A stretch of 64,000 bases of DNA from contig CAVREM010000048.1 in the NCBI GenBank assembly GCA_963720005.1, positions 269,093 to 333,092 of the forward strand, given 5' to 3'. The notes under the pieces were generated by a model. That model was not told where the DNA came from. It made no database searches and was given only the letters and a program-made list of their open reading frames with translations. A program made the position numbers and the translations under genes. Shown here piece after piece: positions 9,230-18,356 of the stretch (position 1 is its first letter; each line of letters starts with the position of its first letter). Origin of the DNA: an uncultured Acidobacteriota bacterium (GTDB lineage: Bacteria > Acidobacteriota > Vicinamibacteria > Vicinamibacterales > CAVVIG01).

Positions 9230-10824
9230 GTGAGCGCTCGCGACATCGTCATGATTGGCGCGGGTGTAAACGGTCTTGTGACCGCGACGCTCCTGGCGAA
9301 GGCGGGCCGCAAGCCGCTGGTCCTCGAGGGGGCGGAGCACGTTGGCGGATGCGCGATCACGTCGGAGATTGTGCCGGGCTTCAGGTGTCCGACGCTGTCG
9401 CATTGGGCCGCCATCGACGCCGCGCTCGTGCGCGAGCTCGGGCTCGAGCGGCACGGGCTGCAGATCGCGGCCGGCGAGGCGCTGGGGTGCGTGCCGTCCA
9501 TCGATGGCCGCGCGCTCACGATTTGGCGCGACCAGGCGCGCGCGCGGCAGGATCTCGCGGCCGTCTCGGCGCCAGACGCGGATCGATATCCGAAGTTCGT
9601 GGCGAGCGTCGAGCGCGGTGAACGGGGTCGTGCGAAAGCTGACCGCCGCACCTGCGCCGTCGATCGACGCGCCAGGCGCCGCGGATCTCATCGGCCTCTT
9701 GAAAACCGGCCGCAGCTTTCGAGCGCTCGGCCGGAAGGATGCGTACAGCCTCCTGCGCTGGCTGCCGATGCCCGTCTCGGATTTTGCGGAAGAGTGGTTC
9801 GAACACGCCGCGATGCGTGTCGCCGTCGCCGGGGCGGGCGTCTTCGGATCGCACCTCGGCCCGCGATCGGCCGGCAGCACGGCGATCTTCCTGCTGATGT
9901 CGGCGCGCCACCGCGAACCGCTCGCCTCCGGGTGGACGGCACGTGGCGGCATCGGCGCGGTCGGCGACGCGCCTCGCCGCCGCGGCTCGACAGGCCGGCG
10001 CGGAGATTCGGACGGGCGCACGCGTCCGCCAGGTGATCGTCAGGGACGAGCGCGCGCAGGGCGTCGTGCTCGACAGCGGCGAAGAGATTCAGGCCCGTGC
10101 GGTCGTTTCCAGCGCCGATCCCCGCCGAACGCTGCTCACGCTCGTCGATCCGGTGCACCTCCCGCCGGACTTTCGCGAGGCCGCACGCCATATCCGGATG
10201 CGCGGCACGCTCTCCAAGATCAACTTCGCCGTGTCCGCGCTGCCACGATTCTCGAGCCTGGCCGTCATGGACGGCGCCGGCCAGGCGGCTGCGCTGTCGG
10301 GATGGATTCGGCTGGCTCGCGACGTCAACGCGATCGAGCGTGCGTTCGACGCGGCCAAGTACGGCGCGATTGCGGACGAACCGTTCATCGAGCTCGCGAT
10401 TCCATCCCTCGCCGATTCGAGCCTTGCGCCCGCGGGACAGCACGTCGTGTCGGCATACGTGCAGTTCACACCCGCGGAGCTGCGCGGCACGACGTGGGAC
10501 GTCGAACGCGAGCGTCTCGGCGACCGTGTCGCGGGGGTCATTGAGAAGTACGCGCCAGGTTTCGAGCGCCTCGTGCTCGGGCGGCAAGTCATCACGCCCG
10601 CCGACCTCGAACGGCAATACGGGCTGACGGGCGGCCAGATCTTCCACGGCGAGCTGGCGCTCGATCAGCTGCATCTGGCCCGGCCGCTGCTAGGCTGGGC
10701 CCGTTATGCGACGCCCGTCCGCGACCTCTATATATGCGGCTCGGGGACCCATCCCGGCACCGGCCTCGACGGCCGAAGCGGCGCCCTGGCGGCACGCGAA
10801 ATTCTGAAGGCCATACGCCGCTGA
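9230..10824 (+). CDS. NAD(P)/FAD-dependent oxidoreductase, CrtI/COG1233 family (paralog of 7275..8844); two frame breaks (about 9610 and 9985)
   Basis: N-terminus is RDIVMIGAGVNGLVTATLLAKAGRKPLVLEG. ORFs 9230.., 9342.. and 9943..10824 are collinear with the upstream paralog, each shifted by +1. Confidence 0.75.
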
Positions 10825-10860
10825 AATAGCGTCTAATCGACAGACAAAGGAGCTCTGTCG

Positions 10861-12619
10861 ATGTCGCGAGTATCCCCCCTTCTCGTGGCCTTCGTCGTCC
10901 TTGCATCGATCGCACCCGCACTCGCCCAGGTCCAGGGCGGCGCCACCCCCGGTGTGGCGATTCCACCGCAACTGCCGCCGGGACCGCGGCCGTCGCCACC
11001 CCGCGATCAAGCGCCGGCAGCAACCGGCACGGCAAGAATTCGCGGAGTAGTGGTCGCCTCGGACGATAGCCGGCCGCTGCGTCGCGTGGTCGTGCGCGTC
11101 AGCGCACCGGAACAGCGCGAACCGCGCAGCGCCACGACCGATCTATCGGGACGCTACGAGATCGCCGATCTACCGGCCGGCCGCTACACCGTCAGTGCAT
11201 CGAGGGCCGGCTTCGTCACGATCAGCCATGGCCAGACGCGGCCGAACGAGATGGGACGACCGATTGACGTGCGCGACGGACAGACCGTCGAGCGCATCAA
11301 TTTCGCGCTGCCGCGCGGCGCGGCGATCACCGGTCGGGTTGTCGACGAATACGGCGAACCAGTGGCGGGCGCTTCCATTCAGCCGATGCAGATGCGTTAC
11401 ATGAACGGCCGGCTGCAACCGACGATGACCGGCGGTGGCGGGGGCATGTTTCAGACGCCAGACACCGGGGAATTTCGTGTTTGGGGTCTGGCGCCTGGCG
11501 AGTATTTGATCCAGGCAAACGTTCAAAGCGGCAGACCGTTCGAAACCGACGATCGCGCGGGCTATTCGACAACCTATTACCCGAACGCTTCCGTTCCGTC
11601 CGAGGCGCAAGTGGTCCGAGTCGAGATCGGCCAGACGATCAGCGGCATCGAGATCATGTTGAGTCCGATTCGCACCGCTCTTATCAGCGGGACAACGATC
11701 GACTCGCGCGGTCAGCCGCTCCGCGGTGGTCTCGTCATGGCGATGCCACAATCCAGCGACGGAGTCCTGGTCATGCGAAGCCAGCCCGGCCAAATCAAGC
11801 CCGACGGGACATTCACCATTTCCGGCTTCGCCCCGGGCACGTATACCTTGCGCGCAAACTCACCGCCCGCGGCGGGCGCCACTGTTCCGGAAACGCTCGT
11901 CGCCACGGTCACGGTGTCGGGCGGCGACGTCAGCGGCGTCGTCCTGATGCCCTTGCAGCCGGCGCACAATTGCGGGACGAATCCTGTTCGACCCGCCCAC
12001 GCAATCCCTCGAGCCGTCGATGCTTCAACTGATGGTCTCGCCCAAGAATCCTCGCATGATGATGGCGTTGCCTGTGCCGGGCCAACCGGTTATCAACGAC
12101 GACTTCACGTTCGAAGCGAAGGCAGCGCCGGGCGAGATGATCGTGCGTGCGTTTGCCAAGACGCCTGGATCGCAGTGGGCGATTAAATCGGTCACGCACG
12201 ACGGCCGTGACATTACTGAGGACGGGCTCAGCCTGGCATCAGGAGCCGCCGTCAAAGGCATCGACGTCGTTCTCACCAACCGCCTCCAGTCGATTTCGGG
12301 CGCGGTCACCAACGATCGTGGCGAAGTCGTGACCAACGTCACGGTCTTCCTCTTTCCGCAGGACCCTGACCACTGGTTCCCGGGTCCGATGTCGCTGGCT
12401 TCGACCGCTGTCGCCAGGCCGGATCAAAACGGCCGGTATTCAATCCGGACGCGCTTGAAGCCGGGCGACTACTATGCCGTGGCCGTGGAGTACCTGGACC
12501 AGAACCGCCGCGGCGGCGACCGCAGCTACCTGGAAGAACTGAGCAGGCAGGCGGTCCGTTTCAGCCTTCGCGAAGAAGAAACGAAGGCCCTGGACCTGAA
12601 AATTGCTACGCCCCGCTGA
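10861..12619 (+). CDS. secreted carboxypeptidase regulatory-like domain protein; frame break near 11965
   Basis: Signal peptide plus repeated CarboxypepD_reg-type motifs (IRGVVVASDD..PLRRVVV, DLSGRYEIADLPAGRYTVSAS, ITGRVVDEYGEPVAGASI). ORFs 10861.. and 12020..12619 join with a +1 shift. Confidence 0.7.
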
Positions 12620-12657
12620 GGGCATTAAACGTTCCGTCGCGGCGGCCGGTCTAACCC

Positions 12658-14312
12658 GTGGTGAGGCTGCTGATGCGGAGACCAGCCGTTTTCGTCCCAA
12701 TTCTCGTCGCCGCGCTCGCGGTGATGCCGTCCGCCGCGCCGTCGCCGGCCGACGACGCGTCAATCGTGCACGTGCTGAACCGGATCGGCTACGGCCCGCG
12801 CCCGGCCGACGTCGAGCGCGTGCGGCAACTGGGCATCCAGGCGTACATCGAGCAGCAGCTGCATCCCGAGCGTATCGCCGACGAAGGCATGCAAGCGCGT
12901 CTCGACAGGATGACGACGCTGACGCTCTCCACGAGCGAGCTGCTCGAACGGTACCAACAGCCGAACGTGCAGGCACGGCGGGCGCGTCAGCAGGCAGCGG
13001 CCAACAACCCGTCCGGAGCGCCGCCGGAACGGCCGATGCGCGACCCGAACATGCAGCCGCCGAACCTGCCGCTCGTGGAGTTGTCGGAGCAGAAACTGCT
13101 GCGCGCGATCTACAGCGATCGGCAGCTCGAGCAGGTGCTCACCGACTTCTGGTTCAACCACTTCAACGTCGACGCGCGCAAGGGTCCGGTGCGGATGATG
13201 CTCACCGAGTACGAGCGCGAGGCGATCCGCCCGCACGTGCTTGGCCGGTTCCGCGATCTCCTGGGCGCCACCGCCAAGAGCCCGGCAATGTTGTTCTACC
13301 TCGACAACTGGATGAGCTCGGATCCAAACGCGGAGCATGAACGCTCAGCGGCGCGCGCAGCGCAATCCTCTGCGCCCTCAGCGTCCTCAGCAACCTCAGC
13401 GTCCTCTTCCGCCGGCGCCGCCCGCGAACGCCCAACGGCGCGGGCTCAATGAGAATTATGCGCGCGAGCTGATGGAGCTGCACACGCTCGGCGTCGACGG
13501 GGGCTACACGCAGAAGGACGTCACCGAAGTGGCGCGCGCGTTCACCGGCTGGACGATCCGGAATCCGAGAGTGCGCGGCGACTTCATCTTCGAGTCGAGG
13601 ATCCACGACGACAAGGAGAAGGTCGTCCTCGGCCACAAGATTCGCGGCGGCGGCATGAAGGACGGCGAGCAGGTGCTCGACATTCTCGCCGAGCATCCGT
13701 CGACCGCCCGCTTCATCTCGACGAAGCTGGCGCGTCGGTTCGTCAGCGACACGCCGCCTTCCGCGCTGGTCGAGCGGATGTCGGCGCGGTTCACGGCCAC
13801 GCGCGGCGACCTGCGCGAAGTGCTGCGGACGCTGCTCACCTCGCCCGAGTTCCTCGCGCCGGCGTCTGTACTCGACCAAAACGAAAACGCCCTTCGAGTT
13901 CGTCGTCAGCGCCGTCCGGGCGACCGACGCGCCGCTGAACGACGCCCGCCCGCTCGTGCGATCGCTGCAGGACCTCGGGATGCCGTTGTATCAGTGCCAG
14001 CCGCCGACCGGTTACAAGGACACCGCGGACGCGTGGGTCAACACTGGAGCACTCGTCGGACGCATGAACTTCGCGCAGAGCCTTGCGAGCGCGCGGTCGT
14101 TCGGCGTTCGCTCGGATCGCGATCGTTCGACGTTCGACGCCTCGACGAACGCCCGAACGAAGAGCGCAGCGCCCGAACGACGAACGACAGAAGTCGATCC
14201 GCTCTTCGGCCTGACCGTCTCGGAGACGACGCGCTCGACGATCGCGCGGGCGACGACGCCGCAGCAGGCGCTGGCGCTGACGCTCGGCTCACCCGAATTC
14301 CAGAAACGGTGA
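12658..14312 (+). CDS. DUF1800 domain-containing protein; at least two frame breaks (between about 13330 and 13440, and about 13870)
   Basis: Family motifs VLNRIGYGPRP, LTDFWFNHFNV, LNENYARELMELHTLGVDGGY and YQCQPPTGY are spread over frames 12658.., 13337.. and 13956..14312. Confidence 0.8.
14097..14190. repeat. GTTCG/CGAAC-word inverted repeat inside the DUF1800 ORF
   Basis: GTCGTTCGGCGTTCGCTCGGATCGCGATCGTTCGACGTTCGAC ... GACGAACGCCCGAACGAAG..CCCGAACGACGAACGACAG. Translated in frame it reads SFGVRSDRDRSTFDASTNARTKSAAPERRTTE. Confidence 0.8.
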
Positions 14313-14315
14313 CGT

Positions 14316-15549
14316 ATGGTTTCCCGCAGAGTGTTCCTCAAGGACGGCGCCTTCGCGATGGTGAGCCTCGGCTTCGCGCCGTCGTTCCTGGCCAGAACCG
14401 CGTTCGCGGCGGCGCCGTCGGGCCGCCCGCGGCAATTGATCGCGATCTTCCAGCGCGGCGCCGTCGACGGCCTGAACGTGGTCGTCCCGTTCGCCGACGC
14501 CGACTACTATCGCGCGCGCCCGAGCATCGCGATCGCCCGTCCCGGCCGGAGCGACGCGGCCATCGACCTGGACGGCTTCTTCGGCCTCAACCCACGGCTT
14601 GAACCACTGAAACCGTTCTGGGCCGATCGCCGGCTGGCCATCGTTCACGCCTGCGGGTCGCACGACTCCACGCGCTCGCACTTCGACGCGCAGGACTTCA
14701 TGGAAAGCGCGACGCCCGGCGTGAAGTCCACGGGTGACGGCTGGCTGAATCGCTATCTCCAGGCGAGGCGCGTCGAGAACGCCGGTTCGTTTCGAGCCGT
14801 GTCGCTCACCCAGCAGCTGCCGCGGGCGCTGCAGGGCGTGGCGCCGGCCGTGGCCATGAGCCAGTTGTCGCAGTTCGGCGTCCGCGGCGACCGCGTCGGC
14901 GCGTCGTTCGAAGAGCAGTACGCGGCGGCCGCCGATCGGGTCCTGAATGGCACGGGTCGCGACACCTTCGACGCGATTCGCACCCTCAAGGCTGCCGACC
15001 CGTCGCGGTACCAGCCCGAGCACGGCGCCGACTACCCGCGCAGCCCGTTCGGCCAGGCATTGAAGCAGATCGCCCAGCTCTCGAAGGCCGGCGTCGGACT
15101 CGAGGTCGCATTCGCGGAGCTGGGCGGATGGGATACGCACGTCAACCAGGGCGGCGCGCAGGGACAGCTCGCCACGAGGCTCGATGACTTTGCCAGGAGC
15201 ATCGCCGCGCTCGTCACCGATCTCGGCGACCGCATGGAAGACACCGTGGTGCTGACCATGTCCGAGTTCGGCCGCGCGGTCAGCGAGAACGGCAACCGCG
15301 GCACCGATCATGGCCACGGCAACGCGATGCTGGTCATCGGCGGCAGCGTCCGCGGCGGCCGCGTCTACGGACGCTGGCCGGGCCTCGCCAGGGAGCACCG
15401 CTACGACGGACGCGACCTCGCGGTGACCACCGACTTCCGCGACGTTTTCGGCGAGATCGTCACGCGACACCTCGGGCTCGCAGAACCCAGCCGCCGTCTT
15501 CCCCGGTTATCCCATCAAGCCTGCGAAATTCGTCGGAATGTTCGCGTAG
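14316..15549 (+). CDS. DUF1501 domain-containing protein (Tat signal); frame break near 15481
   Basis: SRRVFLKDGAFAMVSLG twin-arginine-like leader and TDHGHGNAMLVIGGSV motif. The family-typical C-terminus LGLQNPAAVFPGYPIKPAKFVGMFA appears after removing one base. Confidence 0.85.
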
Positions 15550-15556
15550 AAGAACC

Positions 15557-15668
15557 TGTCGTTCGTCGTTCGCTGCAAGGACATCGAACGACACGATGTC
15601 GATCGTTCGACTTGGCGTCCGTCGAACGTCCGATACGATCGACGAAGCCGCTACGAACGACGAACGGC
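15557..15668. repeat. GTCGTTC/GAACGAC-word inverted repeat (intergenic, upstream of the BMC-H gene)
   Basis: The arms are TGTCGTTCGTCGTTCGC and GCTACGAACGACGAACGGC. The roughly 75 nt between them also contain CGAACG/CGTTCG words. Confidence 0.8.
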
Positions 15669-15692
15669 TACGCGTGGTAGCATGTGTTCGCG

Positions 15693-15983
15693 ATGGCTGA
15701 GAAGCGCGAGCTGGGCGACGCGTTGGGCATGGTCGAAACCCGCGGGCTGGTCGGAATGATCGAAGCGGCCGACGCGATGGTGAAGACGGCCAACGTCGTG
15801 TTCGTCGGCTGGCAGAAAGTCGACGCCGGACTGGTGACGGCCATCATCCGCGGCGATGTCGGCTCGGTCAAGGCCGCCACGGATGCCGGCGCCGCGGCCG
15901 CACGGCGCGTCGGCGAGCTGGTCGGCGTCCACGTTATCCCGCGGCCGGCCGACGACCTCGAGAAGATCTTCCCGATTTCCTAG
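15693..15983 (+). CDS. bacterial microcompartment shell protein, BMC-H (PF00936; PduA/EutM/CcmK-like)
   Basis: [76 protein letters not shown] is a near-canonical BMC-H sequence. Confidence 0.85.
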   Translation: MAEKRELGDALGMVETRGLVGMIEAADAMVKTANVVFVGWQKVDAGLVTAIIRGDVGSVKAATDAGAAAARRVGELVGVHVIPRPADDLEKIFPIS

Positions 15984-16007
15984 GGCGGATCTTTCCGCCA
16001 AGCTCCT

Positions 16008-16430
16008 TCAGCAGCGTGGCGTTCCCCAGTACTCAATGTCCAGCAGCGGCTGGTCTGGCGCTTTGAGCAGGTTGTAGAACTCGCCCCGGCTTGTCCGCGC
16101 GTAAATCTCGTGGCCATCCGTCAGCAGCTGCACCGCCCCGCCTCCACCGGTCGCCTCGAACAGCCGCGTCGAGAACTCCGATTTCAACGCGTCGAGCATC
16201 AGGTGCAGCTGATGAACCGTGAATCCGCGCCGGCGCAGATCGGCGAGGACCATCAGCTCGATCAGTTCGATCGGCGTGTAGCGGCGCTCGGTATATCCGC
16301 CGGCTTCCGTCCGGTGTGAAGGGATCGCGGGGGACAACAGTCCCCCGGCATCCCAGATTTGCAGCTGGCGGGCGGTGAGACCGGTGAGAGCGGCGACCTC
16401 GCGCGAGCTATACGTTCGTTTGAGCCGCAT
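16008..16430 (-). CDS. MerR family transcriptional regulator
   Basis: Intact 140-aa ORF. The N-terminal HTH is YSSREVAALTGLTARQLQIWDAGGLL. Confidence 0.85.
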   Translation of the reverse strand: MRLKRTYSSREVAALTGLTARQLQIWDAGGLLSPAIPSHRTEAGGYTERRYTPIELIELMVLADLRRRGFTVHQLHLMLDALKSEFSTRLFEATGGGGAVQLLTDGHEIYARTSRGEFYNLLKAPDQPLLDIEYWGTPRC

Positions 16431-16708
16431 GGGCTACGCGATCGGCCATGGCGGCCCCGGTGAAGTCCTTGTCGGTCAGGCCCCCTTCGCTGTGCGTCGA
16501 ATAGGTCAGCGTCACGCGCTTGTAGTTGATCTGGATGTCCGGGTGGTGGTCCGCCGCTTCAGCCTCGGGCACGAGGCCGTCCACGAACCGGACGGCCTCC
16601 GGGAAACCGGCGAAGGTGAACTGCTTGGTGATCTGATTCCCTTCAAGCCGCCAGCCTGAAAGATCCCTTCACGCGCTGTTCCGCATCCGACGCGGATAAC
16701 TTCGGCAT
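16408..16708 (-). CDS. 4a-hydroxytetrahydrobiopterin (pterin-4a-carbinolamine) dehydratase; frame break near 16665
   Basis: Hand translation gives MPKLSASDAEQRVK / DLSGWRLEGNQITKQFTFAGFPEAVRFVDGLVPEAEAADHHPDIQINYKRVTLTYSTHSEGGLTDKD. The 3' end overlaps the MerR start by 23 nt. Confidence 0.8.
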
Positions 16709-16711
16709 GAT

Positions 16712-17121
16712 CTACTCCGGTTTTCTGGCGCGCACGTCGTCCAGCCGCAGCCGCGCCGCTTCGACGGCCTTGAGGCCGTCCTTCTGCATCTCGATCGGCG
16801 ACGGTCCTTCGGCCGGGTCCGTGAAGGCGCTGCCGGCGATCGTTCGATGATAGTCGCGTTCCGCTTCCTGAAGCGCGGCGAGCGCGTCATGTGCTCGCGC
16901 TGCCACTCGAGCCACCGGGTCAGCCGCGCGATGGCTTCGGCTTCCGTCGAGGCCGCGCACTCGATCCCGAAGCGGCTCCCGTCGTCCACACGTTCTGCCC
17001 ACGCAATCCAGTCAGCGCCCCCGAGAGAGCGTGCGAATTCGATGGCTCGCTTCGCCTGTCGTTCGTCGTTCGTCGTTCGAACGTTCGTCGGTTGTGGGTT
17101 CGTCCATGCGTTTGCCCTCAA
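16712..17121 (-). CDS. hypothetical protein; frame break near 16890; start uncertain
   Basis: ORF 16669..17121 (AKRAIEFARSLGGADWIAWAERVDDGSRFGIECAASTEAEAIARLTRWLEWQRE) continues in ORF 16712..17002 (DALAALQEAERDYHR...RARKPE). The stop lies 3 nt before the dehydratase ATG. Confidence 0.35.
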
Positions 17122-17163
17122 TCATCGCTTCGTCGAACGCCGAACGCGCGAACGCCGAACGGC
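17057..17163. repeat. GTCGTTC/GAACG-word inverted repeat
   Basis: The left arm is TGTCGTTCGTCGTTCGTCGTTCGAACGTTCGTCGG. The right arm is CGTCGAACGCCGAACGCGCGAACGCCGAACGGCAG. Confidence 0.8.
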
Positions 17164-17167
17164 AGCG

Positions 17168-18298
17168 TCAGAGCCCGAACCGCTTGGGACTGGTGACCTC
17201 GAGAATCGGGTCGAGCTTGTTTTCGAGCATCACGTCAGCCACCAGCTGGGCCGTCAAGGGTGCGAGCAGGACGCCGTTGCGGTAATGCCCGGTCGCGTAG
17301 ACGAGGTTCGGCACGACCGTCGACGGACCAATCACCGGGATCTCATCCGGCGTCGCCGGCCGCAGGCCGGCCTTCGCGGCGATGAACCCTGCAGTCCAGG
17401 TGTGCGGCACGATTTCAGCGGCGGCTTCGATGAGGTCCCGGACTCCCGCCGTCGTCGTCCTCTCGTCGAAGCCGGCTTCCTCCACCGTCGCGCCGACCAG
17501 CAGCGTTCCATCGTCCCAGGGGACCAGGTAGCAACGCTCGGACCAGATGACGCGTCCGAGCGTCGGCCCGATCCACGCCAGCTGTAAGAGCTGGCCCCGG
17601 ACGGGCCGGACGGGCAACCGGACCTCTGCGCCCTCGACGAAAATCTGCCCGGACCAGCTGCCGGCCGCCAGCACGACACCGTTACCCGACAGTGACCCGC
17701 GATCGGTTTCCACTCTCAGATCACTGCCCGTGCTGACGATTCGCCGCACGCGCCCCTGCTCGATCAGCTGGGCGCCATGGCGGCGTGCTGCGGCCGTGAG
17801 CGCGCGCGTCAGATCGGCGGCCGCGACGAATCCATGCGACGGCACGAGCAATCCGCCGACTACCGCTTCCGAGAGGTGTGGCTCCTCGCTGCGCGCGCCT
17901 GCCGGCGTCCAGCAGCCGCGCGTGGACGCCCTTGCCGGGCAGCGTCAGCGCGGCGTTCTCGAGGCGCCGCAGATCCGTCGGCGTCGAGCGCGACTTCGAG
18001 GGTTCCCGTGCGGCGATACGGGGGCGATCACGCCGCCAGCTGCGCCGATGCGCGCGATGAACTTGTCGTAGAGATCCAGGCTGCGAACGGTGAGCTCGAG
18101 GAGCGGATGGCCCTCGTGCGCCTCGATGTACGGCGCCAGCACGCCCGCCGACGCCTGCGTCGCGCCCATGCCCGCGGGCCGATCGTCGACGATCTGCACC
18201 GATGCGCCGCGCCGCGCCAGCTCGTAGGCGACCGCGCAGCCGACGATTCCCGCGCCGACGACAACGATGTCGCTCGGAGCTGCCACGTGTGGCGCCAT
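17168..18298 (-). CDS. thiO: FAD-dependent glycine oxidase / D-amino-acid oxidase family; frame breaks between 17850 and 18020
   Basis: N-terminus is DIVVVGAGIVGCAVAYELARRGASV (ORF 17945..18298). The C-terminal part (ORF 17168..17851) contains ATGHYRNGVLLAPLTAQLVADV. Confidence 0.7.
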
Positions 18299-18356
18299 CT
18301 TACCAGCCCAACGGACCGCCGTCTGAGATCCGGTAAGATCGTCCGGTTACGCGTTC

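Noticed and set aside
18299-18356. TPP riboswitch upstream of thiO, prompted by a CTGAGA motif in the thiO-pyc spacer.
   Set aside because: The spacer is only 58 nt, and the rest of the THI-box consensus (the pyrimidine-sensing helix and the ACCTGATCTGGATAATGCCAGC-like segment) is absent.
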